Source: an uncultured virus (IMG/VR IMGVR_UViG_3300044837_000188) (Duplodnaviria; Heunggongvirae; Uroviricota; Caudoviricetes). Taken from it: a DNA stretch of 64,000 nt. Each line of letters begins with the position of its first letter. Within the stretch, counting starts at the first letter, position 1. Shown piece after piece: positions 55,350-63,510 of the stretch. The DNA is taken from the IMG/VR virus record IMGVR_UViG_3300044837_000188; one strand, 5' to 3'. A model generated the notes under the pieces. That model was not told the origin of the DNA. It did no database searches and worked only from the letters and a program-made list of their open reading frames with translations. The translations under genes were made by a program, and so were the position numbers.

Positions 55350-55706
55350 ATGGTGGTCCGCGTGAACCAGGATGGCCTGCTCGAAGCCGACTTCTTTGGC
55401 CTGAAGGCCAGGACCACCCGGCAGGGCGCCCTGCGAGGATTCGCCGTGGAAGAGGGCGACTTCGACTACCCGGCGGCCGAGGGCGAACCCCGCATGTGGA
55501 CCGCGCTGGTCTTCGACGACACGGAGACGGCCCTTCTGCGCAAGGCGGCCCTGGCGGCCACGGCGCTGGCCGAGGACCAGGACACCGTGAACCTCGCGAT
55601 CAAGCTCGTGGAGTTCCTCGACACCCTGGAGAATTACGCTCCTCCGGCTGAGGGCAAGGCTCTCACCGAGGACGACATTCGGGAGTTGTCGGCCGCTGGG
55701 TCTTGA
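55350..55706 (+). CDS. Hypothetical protein
   Basis: GGAGG RBS after hairpin 55305-55338. Confidence 0.65.
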   Translation: MVVRVNQDGLLEADFFGLKARTTRQGALRGFAVEEGDFDYPAAEGEPRMWTALVFDDTETALLRKAALAATALAEDQDTVNLAIKLVEFLDTLENYAPPAEGKALTEDDIRELSAAGS

Positions 55707-55732
55707 CGCCCCAACAATCGTTGGAGTACTTT
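55703..55732 (+). promoter_or_regulatory. Promoter-family copy
   Basis: TTGACG-N18-TACTTT with CCAACAATCGTTGG. Confidence 0.72.
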
Positions 55733-55771
55733 CAGTGACGTTCCGCCAGAGACAGTCACCGGAGGTGCTCT

Positions 55772-56134
55772 ATGACCGCTCGATACGGTCTGCCCGACCG
55801 CCTGTTCAACCCGATCGCGTTCGCCGTACGCATCGCGTGGGAGACCTCATCGCCCAACGAGGCGTTCTACAACGGCACCGACGTACAGACCATCACGGCC
55901 CTGTGGAAGATCCGCGTCAGCAAGGACCGCCACACGGACCTGCTGGCCCCCTGGGAGGCCGGAGAGTTGCTCCGGGTCGTCCAGGACGGCATCGAGGCCA
56001 ACGCCGCCTGGCTGTCCGTGGGGGACCGGTACTTCGAGGACGACTTCCAGGATGCCCTGGACCTTGAGCTGTACGGCGAGGAGATCGTGGCGTCCCTGAC
56101 CGAGATCACCGTTTCCGAGAGTCTGGTCGTATGA
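55772..56134 (+). CDS. Hypothetical protein
   Basis: GGAGG RBS. Confidence 0.65.
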   Translation: MTARYGLPDRLFNPIAFAVRIAWETSSPNEAFYNGTDVQTITALWKIRVSKDRHTDLLAPWEAGELLRVVQDGIEANAAWLSVGDRYFEDDFQDALDLELYGEEIVASLTEITVSESLVV

Positions 56135-56349
56135 GGATCCGTATCCGCCGGTGGCGCCAGGAGCGCCGGGACCGGAAGAAGAACGCCGCGTACAACCGTC
56201 TCCACGGCGTGGGGGCCGTCGCTCCGGCCCGGCGCAGCAGCGGGGGTTCCACGTTCGACGGGGACGACGTCGGCGAGCTGATCGTGGACGTGGCCCTGTT
56301 GATTCCCCGTGGGGTCGCGTGGGTGATCGGCCAGATCTTCAGCGACTGA
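56131..56349 (+). CDS. Hypothetical protein
   Basis: ATGA overlap. Confidence 0.55.
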   Translation: MRIRIRRWRQERRDRKKNAAYNRLHGVGAVAPARRSSGGSTFDGDDVGELIVDVALLIPRGVAWVIGQIFSD

Positions 56350-56352
56350 GGG

Positions 56353-56416
56353 TTGACGCCCCAGGAATCCTTGTAGTAGCCTTGACGACGTCAAGGTCAA
56401 CCGACTCCCCAGGAGG
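56353..56416 (+). promoter_or_regulatory. Full promoter cassette
   Basis: TTGACG-N18-TAGCCT with CCAGGAATCCTTGT; CCTTGACGACGTCAAGG; GACTCCCCAGGAGG. Confidence 0.78.
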
Positions 56417-56420
56417 ACCC

Positions 56421-57185
56421 ATGAAGCTCACCGAACTCGCCGACAAGGCCATGTACGCGTACCGGCCCAGCACGTCCGACAACCGGGCGACGCCCGCCCA
56501 GGTCGTGGAGGCCAGGCTGTGGCGCCGGGACGAGAAGTGGGACACCTGGGACGGGGAGCCGAAGCGGACGAAGCAGACGGTCGTCCACCGCGCCGTCAAG
56601 GGTGACCGCGCGGGCCGTTCGGACGGCTGGAGCGCGACCTCGTGGGCCATCGGAGTGCCGGTCCTCGTGCTGGACGCCAGGGACTACATGTGGACCACGG
56701 CTCAGGTGAAGATCGCGGAGCTTCCGTACTTGATCTTCGCCAAGGCCTGGCACCAGATGAACCCCGACCGGCTGGTGGAGGAGGGTCACGACGGCCGCTT
56801 CACCCAGGAGTTCCCGGCCAGGACCGACGCCGAGGTCCGGATGAGCGATGGCAGCACGCAGACCTTCGCCGTGTGGCTGGAGTTCGTCCGCCCGCAGACG
56901 CTGATCCAGGAGTGGAACTCCTACATGGCGGACAAGAAGACCGCCATCGAGCGCAGTGCCGCCTTCGAGGCCGAGCGGGCCGAGAAGCAGCGGAGGGAGA
57001 ACCTCAGGGCGTCCATGATCCGCAACCAGGTCGACGCCCTCCTGGGGGCGCCGGACAGCTACGACGAGAACGTTGAGCGTCCCGACCTGCACCGCAAGAG
57101 CGGTTCCACCGGTAACACCTATGAGGTCAGCGAGGAGACGCTCCGGCGGCTCATCGCGCTGGCCGAGAAGGGCAGTAGCCAGTGA
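56421..57185 (+). CDS. Hypothetical protein
   Basis: RBS motif plus ATG. Confidence 0.7.
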   Translation: MKLTELADKAMYAYRPSTSDNRATPAQVVEARLWRRDEKWDTWDGEPKRTKQTVVHRAVKGDRAGRSDGWSATSWAIGVPVLVLDARDYMWTTAQVKIAELPYLIFAKAWHQMNPDRLVEEGHDGRFTQEFPARTDAEVRMSDGSTQTFAVWLEFVRPQTLIQEWNSYMADKKTAIERSAAFEAERAEKQRRENLRASMIRNQVDALLGAPDSYDENVERPDLHRKSGSTGNTYEVSEETLRRLIALAEKGSSQ

Positions 57186-57907
57186 CGACAGCTATTTCGC
57201 GAGCCTCGGTCCCTGTGACCGGGGCTCGCCCCGTGAAGGGCCCCTCCCGCGCGGAGCGGGCCAAGGCGAGGTCCCAGAACGCCTTCCGGAAGATCGGCTC
57301 CTACGTCCGCGTACGGATGGAGTCCGTCCAGGAGGGCGACATCATCTCCACTCCGGAGGGCACCTTCTGCATCGTGCGGAAGGAGCACTCCTTCCGGGGC
57401 TCGATGATGTCCGTTCGCGACGTGGTCAGCCGCAACGTCCACCGCATGCGCTTCGAGCCCAAGGGATGGGCCCTGCGCGTCAAGATCGAGGACGTCAAGG
57501 ACCAGGGGCGCAATTGGACGATCTCTCCCGGGGACGTCGTGATGCTCATGGCCGACCGGCCCAAGAACGCGATCATCCTGATCCGGCACACGAGGGTCTG
57601 GATGCCCAGCAAGGCGCCCTGGCTCCCTATGGGGGACGCGGAAGTCCTCCTGGAGCTGAGGGAGGGCCGTGCGAGGGTCCTGCGCAACTCCTGGCACCCG
57701 CCCGAGCCCAAGGTGCCCGAGAGCCTGCCTCTGGGCACCGTGGTGGCCACGAAGGACCGCAAGGACCGCGAGCCCTCGGTGTACCTGCATTCCGGACCTG
57801 ACCTGTGGGTCAGTAATTCCCGGGGCGCCAACCTCTCCACCGCCATGATCCGTTACGGACTGGCCCGCCGGACCTACGAGGTCCTCAAGTCTCCGGAGAT
57901 TGGATGA
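57182..57907 (+). CDS. Hypothetical protein
   Basis: GTGA overlap. Confidence 0.6.
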   Translation: MTTAISRASVPVTGARPVKGPSRAERAKARSQNAFRKIGSYVRVRMESVQEGDIISTPEGTFCIVRKEHSFRGSMMSVRDVVSRNVHRMRFEPKGWALRVKIEDVKDQGRNWTISPGDVVMLMADRPKNAIILIRHTRVWMPSKAPWLPMGDAEVLLELREGRARVLRNSWHPPEPKVPESLPLGTVVATKDRKDREPSVYLHSGPDLWVSNSRGANLSTAMIRYGLARRTYEVLKSPEIG

Positions 57908-58431
57908 GCTACTACACCAAGCAGGGGGAGAGGGAGAACCGACTCCCTCACCTCCTGGTGGCGACGATCGACACCCACTGGAACTCCGGCATCAAGTGGG
58001 TGATCCAGTGCCCCTACGAGGCCGACGGCAAGGCCGAGGGGTGCGGGATCGTCGAGGAGTGCAACGGCACCCCGGACGACGTGGTCAAGTGGGACTGCCT
58101 GCTCTTCCCGGAGTCGCCGAGCGACCGGGCCGCCTTCGCCGGGCTGAGCGACGAGGACCGCGCGGCGGCCTGGTCGGAGTTCGAGGCCAAGCGCGAGGTC
58201 TGGGACGAGGTCCACGACTGGAACCGCTGGCACCGCACCACCAAGTGCTGGTACGCCCACGTCGCCATTCCGAACTCCGACTTCGATCCGGAGTACTTCC
58301 TCGCGGACATCCCGCGAGACACACCGATCAACGGACCGCTGAAGGTCCTGGTCGGCTACGAGGGGTCCGACGAGGACACCGAGCCCAAGTTCCGACTGTG
58401 GGAGGAGCCCGATGGCGCCCAGACGAGTTGA
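57904..58431 (+). CDS. Hypothetical protein
   Basis: GGAG RBS, ATGA overlap. Confidence 0.65.
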   Translation: MSYYTKQGERENRLPHLLVATIDTHWNSGIKWVIQCPYEADGKAEGCGIVEECNGTPDDVVKWDCLLFPESPSDRAAFAGLSDEDRAAAWSEFEAKREVWDEVHDWNRWHRTTKCWYAHVAIPNSDFDPEYFLADIPRDTPINGPLKVLVGYEGSDEDTEPKFRLWEEPDGAQTS

Positions 58432-58729
58432 ACCGCACCTGTACTCCGACACCCCCGTCTTCCGGGCGATGCTCTACGAGCGGGATGGCCGCTACCCGGG
58501 CACCCCTGAGGGCGAGGAGGAGCTTCCGGAGGTCATCCTGACCCAGGAGGTCCCCGAGGACGTCCAGGACGTCCAGGCGCCCGCTGAGGGCCTTCTGAAC
58601 CGCGTGGTCCCCGTGGCCCTGATGAACCTCCCGGCGGTCATGCCGGTCTTCCCCGAGCCCGAGCGGTCCGCCGAGAAGACCCAGGCCATGCCGCTTCCGC
58701 TCTTCGTCGACCACGACGACGAGGCCTAG
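58412..58729 (+). CDS. Hypothetical acidic protein
   Basis: GGAGGAG RBS. Confidence 0.55.
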   Translation: MAPRRVEPHLYSDTPVFRAMLYERDGRYPGTPEGEEELPEVILTQEVPEDVQDVQAPAEGLLNRVVPVALMNLPAVMPVFPEPERSAEKTQAMPLPLFVDHDDEA

Positions 58730-58788
58730 GCACCCTGTAGTACAGGGTGCTACAGTCCAGAGAGATCCCGCCGACCTCGGAGTTTCCC

Positions 58789-59151
58789 GTGTTCGACCTG
58801 AACTCGTACGAGAAGAACATCGCTCAGTTCTCGTTCCCCTTCATCAACACGGAGCATGAATACCGGGACATCAAGGTGGTCCGGCGGGGACGGCTCAGCG
58901 ACGACTCCTGGGCGATCGTGGACGAGCCCTGGTGTTACCAGCCCAGGGGCCGCAGGTGGGCCTACGAGCGGCTCCCGAGCAGCCGGACGGACAAGTTCCT
59001 GAAGGCTTCCCGGATGCCGCTCGCCGAGGCCCTCCCGCTGGCCGAGAAGCTCGCCAGGAGCAAGGCCCGCCAGTGGGAGAAGCGCCTTGTCCGGATGATC
59101 GCCCGCCAGGAGGCCGTAGCCGCTGCGAAGGCCAAGGAGGCCAGCGAGTGA
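58789..59151 (+). CDS. Hypothetical protein
   Basis: GGAG RBS plus GTG. Confidence 0.6.
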   Translation: MFDLNSYEKNIAQFSFPFINTEHEYRDIKVVRRGRLSDDSWAIVDEPWCYQPRGRRWAYERLPSSRTDKFLKASRMPLAEALPLAEKLARSKARQWEKRLVRMIARQEAVAAAKAKEASE

Positions 59152-59834
59152 ACGAAGTGCTGTTGAAGGGGATCGTGGGGAGCACCGCCTACGGTCTCGC
59201 CCATGAGGGGTCCGACGTGGATTACCTGGGCGTGTTCGCGGCTCCCACGCGAGAGGTTCTTGGTCTGCATCCCGGCAAGGAGTCGGTGGTCCACAAGGAC
59301 CCGGACACGACCCTCCACGAGGCGAAGAAGTTCGTCCAGCTCGTCCTGAACGGCAACCCCTCGGTCTCCGAGCTGCTGTGGCTGGACACCTACGAGCAGC
59401 GCACGTACCTGGGCGCCCATCTGGTCGAAATCCGCAAGGCGTTCCTGTCGGCCCCGCGTGTGCGGGATGCCTACATGGGCTACGCCACGTCCCAGTTCGG
59501 CCGCCTGATCGCGCGGGGAGACGGATCCTTCTCCGCCGACACCAGGAAGCGCACCGAGAAGCACGCGCGGCACCTGGTGCGACTGGTGGAGCAGGGCTTC
59601 CACCTGTACATCTCGGGTGAACTACTGGTGAACGTGACCGGCTTCCTGGAGCCCGAGTGGGTCTTCCAGATGGGCCGCAACATCGCCGACGACCCCAAGA
59701 GGGGCGCCGAGTACATGGTGAATGCCCAGCAGAAGTTCGATGGCGCGCGGAGCTGTCTGCCGGGGTATCCCGACGAGGAGCCCGTCGAGAAGTGGCTCAT
59801 GGAGGTCCGGGAGAAGTACTGGACCGCGAAGTAA
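59148..59834 (+). CDS. Pol-beta-superfamily nucleotidyltransferase (YcgL/RlaP-like)
   Basis: IVGSTAYGL..SDVDYLGVF, HE..KF..L..GNP..ELLW, KHARHLVRL. Confidence 0.82.
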   Translation: MNEVLLKGIVGSTAYGLAHEGSDVDYLGVFAAPTREVLGLHPGKESVVHKDPDTTLHEAKKFVQLVLNGNPSVSELLWLDTYEQRTYLGAHLVEIRKAFLSAPRVRDAYMGYATSQFGRLIARGDGSFSADTRKRTEKHARHLVRLVEQGFHLYISGELLVNVTGFLEPEWVFQMGRNIADDPKRGAEYMVNAQQKFDGARSCLPGYPDEEPVEKWLMEVREKYWTAK

Positions 59835-59866
59835 AGATCATCCCGCCAGAGATCAAGGAGGCCGCA

Positions 59867-60163
59867 ATGGCCGAAGCACTGACCGACCTGGAGCGCCGGG
59901 TCTTCTCCCGGTTCGCCAACTTCCGGCGGGCCAGCGGAGAGCCGATCGACCAGCAGGACCTGATCGATCTCGCCAAGCTGGCCGTGGACACCCTCACGAC
60001 CGGCTCCGCGTCCGGCCGCCGTCTGCGGGCCATGGACCGCCGCGAGCGGTCCCCGGGCTGCACGCCGGACAAGATTCGGTTGCTCGCCCGTACGATCGAG
60101 GACACCTTCACGGACATGCCGAACGGCTGGGTCCGGGCGGAGCCGGGGAAGACGTATGACTGA
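59867..60163 (+). CDS. Hypothetical protein
   Basis: AAGGAGG RBS. Confidence 0.6.
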   Translation: MAEALTDLERRVFSRFANFRRASGEPIDQQDLIDLAKLAVDTLTTGSASGRRLRAMDRRERSPGCTPDKIRLLARTIEDTFTDMPNGWVRAEPGKTYD

Positions 60164-60686
60164 GCTGCGGAAGCCCATCACGTGGCCGGAGATCCCTCGT
60201 GACGGGCAGACCTCGGGGATCCTGGGATGGCCGACGCTCTACCGGGATCTCGCCGTGATGCGGGAGGACCGGTGGACCAAGTGGTGCCGCCAGTACGAGG
60301 CCGACCCCGAGGACTTCTACGTCGCCTGGTACTGGGTCGAGCACCACCCCGTCTTCTGGTACCACGGCCGTCACGGTCCGCACGAGTCCACCCTCTGTTC
60401 CGACCGAGGAGTGGACGAGGGGCTGGAGTTCCGTCCGGCCAAGGTCAATCCGAAGAATCTGAAGATCTCGAAAACAAAGGCGAAGAACACCCTGCTCCAG
60501 ATCTGGGTCGAGGTGTTTCCCACGTCCATGAGTCCGGGATCGCTGAACACGAACCGGCTCCACGACATCGACTGCGACACCGGCGCCGGTACGTACGAAG
60601 AGGCCGTCATCGCGGTCGCCAAGGAGATCTACGAGCACCACGGGAACGACCGTGTGGCCCTGGAGGCGAAGTGGAAGAGCGCGTAG
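60156..60686 (+). CDS. Hypothetical protein
   Basis: Overlapping start, typical codons. Confidence 0.65.
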   Translation: MTELRKPITWPEIPRDGQTSGILGWPTLYRDLAVMREDRWTKWCRQYEADPEDFYVAWYWVEHHPVFWYHGRHGPHESTLCSDRGVDEGLEFRPAKVNPKNLKISKTKAKNTLLQIWVEVFPTSMSPGSLNTNRLHDIDCDTGAGTYEEAVIAVAKEIYEHHGNDRVALEAKWKSA

Positions 60687-60982
60687 GGGAAGGGCCTCCG
60701 GAGGCGTGGCCCGATTACGCCAAGGTGGCCTGGGACCTCGGCTACAACCAGGGCCACAAAGAGGCTGAGCTGGCTGTCCCGCCCGTCATCCTGCGCCGGT
60801 TGTTCTGGTGGTCCAAGGACTCTCTGTCGTTCCCCTGGAAGCCCGTGTACTGGAGCTTCGACGAGTACTGCAATCGCGTTCTGGGCCTGAGGGTCTGGAA
60901 CGGTGTCCTCTTCGTTCGAACCGGCCGCCGCGTTCGGCTCCTGCCCCATTCCGCCTGTGAGACCTGCAAGGAGTCGCGATGA
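60671..60982 (+). CDS. Hypothetical protein (start uncertain)
   Basis: Fills the gap between genes; stop overlaps next ATG. Confidence 0.45.
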   Translation: MEERVGEGPPEAWPDYAKVAWDLGYNQGHKEAELAVPPVILRRLFWWSKDSLSFPWKPVYWSFDEYCNRVLGLRVWNGVLFVRTGRRVRLLPHSACETCKESR

Positions 60983-61263
60983 CCAACCGCGTCAGCATCG
61001 AACTGTCCCTGGACCAGCTCGCCGAGGAACTGGCCGACTGGTCCATGGACGACCTGATGGAGCTGCTCAAGACGGTCGACGAGAAGAAGTCCGAGTGGGA
61101 CTTCGTCGTGAAGATCAAGGGCTGGGCCGACATCGAGCACAAGAAGATGGCGGCCGAGGAGCTGGAGGACAAGGCCCTCCGCGAAGAGCGGTGCCAGACC
61201 TCCGCCGAATACCCTGATCTCCACTTCCACGTGGACCCGCACCGGAACTGCATTCTGCGGTGA
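60979..61263 (+). CDS. Hypothetical protein
   Basis: AAGGAG RBS. Confidence 0.65.
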   Translation: MTNRVSIELSLDQLAEELADWSMDDLMELLKTVDEKKSEWDFVVKIKGWADIEHKKMAAEELEDKALREERCQTSAEYPDLHFHVDPHRNCILR

Positions 61264-61334
61264 CCTACCTGCCCGCCCCGACAGCCCGTCCCTTCCTGGG
61301 GCGGGCCTTCGGCCGTCTCCTGAGAGGGAACTTC

Positions 61335-61613
61335 ATGAGCACCGTCGATGACCGCCACGTCATCACTCCCGCCGGACGGACGGAGGAGACCCTCGCCTGG
61401 CTGGAGGGGAGAGGGTACAGAGCAGGGCTCATCGGGCCCTCGTACGAGGCTGCCGAGTACTCCATGACCGGGAGCCCCCAGGGTCCGTTCATGGGCGGCA
61501 CGAAGCTCGTGGGGAAGGCCGGGGTCGTCTTCGGCAGGAAGAACGAGCCGATGATCATTGCCCAGATCGGTGACGTGTTGATCTACGACGGCGTGGATGT
61601 GGAGATCGAATGA
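61335..61613 (+). CDS. Hypothetical protein, paralog of next gene
   Basis: WLEGRGYR..GVVFGRKNEP..GDVLIYDG. Confidence 0.6.
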   Translation: MSTVDDRHVITPAGRTEETLAWLEGRGYRAGLIGPSYEAAEYSMTGSPQGPFMGGTKLVGKAGVVFGRKNEPMIIAQIGDVLIYDGVDVEIE

Positions 61614-61831
61614 ACATCTCTCCCGACCGCCACCACATCAGCCTGGACTCCCACATCCACCAGACCACCGAGTGGCTCAGGTCGCGTGGGTACCGGGGTG
61701 CTCCCGCCATGGCTGCGGGCTCCGGCGTGCAGGGCGGCATCGTCTTCTGCCGGAAGAACGAGCCCGTCACGCTGGCCCTGCCGGGGGACACCCTGCGCTA
61801 CGACGGCAGCAACATCACGATCGAGGAGTAG
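61610..61831 (+). CDS. Hypothetical protein, paralog of previous gene
   Basis: WLRSRGYR..GIVFCRKNEP..GDTLRYDG. Confidence 0.65.
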   Translation: MNISPDRHHISLDSHIHQTTEWLRSRGYRGAPAMAAGSGVQGGIVFCRKNEPVTLALPGDTLRYDGSNITIEE

Positions 61832-61834
61832 GCC

Positions 61835-62407
61835 ATGCCGTCCCAGAACGTCAGCTTCAGGACCAGCCCCGAGTTGCTGGAGAAGATCCGCCGACGCGAT
61901 CCCGACGCCAGCAAGTACCCCGGTGCCACCGCCAAGAGGGAGGTGGAGCGCTGGTACGCGATGCTGGAGGACCACCTCGCGGACCTGGAGAAGTTCTCTC
62001 CGGACGAGTGCGTGGTGCTGATCTACTACGTCGGCACGTACGGTGGCCGACCGAGCCACGAGGCCGTCCTGCGGGCCGGAGACGTTCTACAGGGGTCGGC
62101 CGTCGGATTCCTGGACGAGTTCTACGACCGCGCACAGATCAGCGTGGGGGCCAAACTCCGACTCATGAACCCCATGAGCCGCTACGCCCTCTGGGACGCC
62201 GCAGAGCGCTACGAGGCCCTTGCTCTGACCCGCGCCAAGGACGGGGACACCACCCTCACGTTCGGTATGGCGCTGCACGAGATCGGCCTGCACACCTACG
62301 ACCTGCCGAGCCACATCCTCCAGCGGGTGGAGGCGACCAGGGCAGTGGAGTCCGATCTCCTGCCCGGCGCCTACCTGCGAGCAGCGAAGGAGCACCCCTT
62401 TGAGTAG
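61835..62407 (+). CDS. Hypothetical protein, possible ribbon-helix-helix N-terminus
   Basis: GAGGAG RBS; NVSFRTSPELLEKI. Confidence 0.6.
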   Translation: MPSQNVSFRTSPELLEKIRRRDPDASKYPGATAKREVERWYAMLEDHLADLEKFSPDECVVLIYYVGTYGGRPSHEAVLRAGDVLQGSAVGFLDEFYDRAQISVGAKLRLMNPMSRYALWDAAERYEALALTRAKDGDTTLTFGMALHEIGLHTYDLPSHILQRVEATRAVESDLLPGAYLRAAKEHPFE

Positions 62408-63206
62408 GCACGAGTACGACTACGAAGACGAGCTGGACGATGGTCTCGGTATCGCCAGCCGGACCCATATCAGCAAGAAGGCCTGGATCGACTCCATGGA
62501 GCGCGAGACGGAGCGGAAGAAGAATCAAATGATCACGCGAGACCTCTTCTCCGGTATCCGCAAGTACATCTGGCGGGCTTCGTTGCCCGGGGGAGCGGCG
62601 GTCGAGGGCCAGATCATGATCCCGGAGACCGGGTCCCACGCCGACGTGGTCACCATGAAGGCCTTCGACATCGTCTTCAGCGCGGTCAAGTTGCAGTACG
62701 AGGGCCTGGGCCAGTTCGAGGCCACGATCGAGGGCCGTCTCCTGGGCCGTTTCCGGGTGCCGGAGCCGCGTATCGAGGTGGACGCTTTCGGCCGTCCGAG
62801 GAGGTACTACGGGGACCGGGTGATCGAGAAGGAGGGGATGGACTGGCTCCGCAACAACATGGAGTTCCGCCTCTCTGACGGCAGGGAGACGTTCCCTCCG
62901 TACGAGCCCGCGCTCCCGGGGAAGTCGAAGGGCGTGCCGGTCACCCAGGCCGCTCAGAACTGGTCCCAGAAGCTGGCCACGGCGAAGCCCAAGGTCAAGC
63001 CCGAGGACGTCTGGACGCCCCTCAACGAGGGGCAGAACATGGCCGCGATCGGCGTGAACCTCTCGGCGACCTCTGGGAGCGGTGCGACCAACCTGGCCTT
63101 CGCCACCCAGTTGGAGCAGACCCGCAGCGCCGGTCAGAGCGCCACCGCGAAGGACAGGGCGGCCAAGGTCGTGCAGATGCACCTGGAGGGGAAGGTCATC
63201 GGGTGA
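62400..63206 (+). CDS. Hypothetical protein
   Basis: AAGGAG RBS plus TTG. Confidence 0.65.
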   Translation: MSRHEYDYEDELDDGLGIASRTHISKKAWIDSMERETERKKNQMITRDLFSGIRKYIWRASLPGGAAVEGQIMIPETGSHADVVTMKAFDIVFSAVKLQYEGLGQFEATIEGRLLGRFRVPEPRIEVDAFGRPRRYYGDRVIEKEGMDWLRNNMEFRLSDGRETFPPYEPALPGKSKGVPVTQAAQNWSQKLATAKPKVKPEDVWTPLNEGQNMAAIGVNLSATSGSGATNLAFATQLEQTRSAGQSATAKDRAAKVVQMHLEGKVIG

Positions 63207-63400
63207 GCCCCGAGGAGATCGAGGCCATGATGCGGGACGCCCAGCACAAGAACCCGGTGATCATCAGGAGCTTCACGGCCGACTATGAGTCCGCCTGCTC
63301 CTGCGGGGAGGTGATCCTGCCCGGCGACGAGGCTGGATACATCGACGGGGACACCGTGGCATCCTGCTCGGACTGCTGTGACGACGCGGTAAGTACTTGA
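63203..63400 (+). CDS. Small Cys-rich protein
   Basis: CSCGE.I.PGD..CSDC. Confidence 0.6.
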   Translation: MSPEEIEAMMRDAQHKNPVIIRSFTADYESACSCGEVILPGDEAGYIDGDTVASCSDCCDDAVST

Positions 63401-63411
63401 TCTGCACAAAC

Positions 63412-63506
63412 AGAGCCCCTCCAGGATTCCTTGGAGGGGCTCTTGCGCTCCAACAATCCTGTGTGTAACCTTGACGTTGTCAGGGCAACACAGACTCCAC
63501 AGGAGG
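63412..63506 (+). promoter_or_regulatory. Hairpin containing an operator copy, followed by full promoter cassette
   Basis: AGAGCCCCTCCAGGATTCCTTGGAGGGGCTCT; TTGCGC-N17-TAACCT; TTGACGTTGTCAG; GACTCCACAGGAGG. Confidence 0.68.
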
Positions 63507-63510
63507 CGCC

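Noticed and set aside
43099..63506. Recurring promoter repeats as a CRISPR array or integron attC-like sites
   Set aside because: Irregular spacing of hundreds to thousands of bases, clear -35/-10/RBS layout, and no integrase in the window
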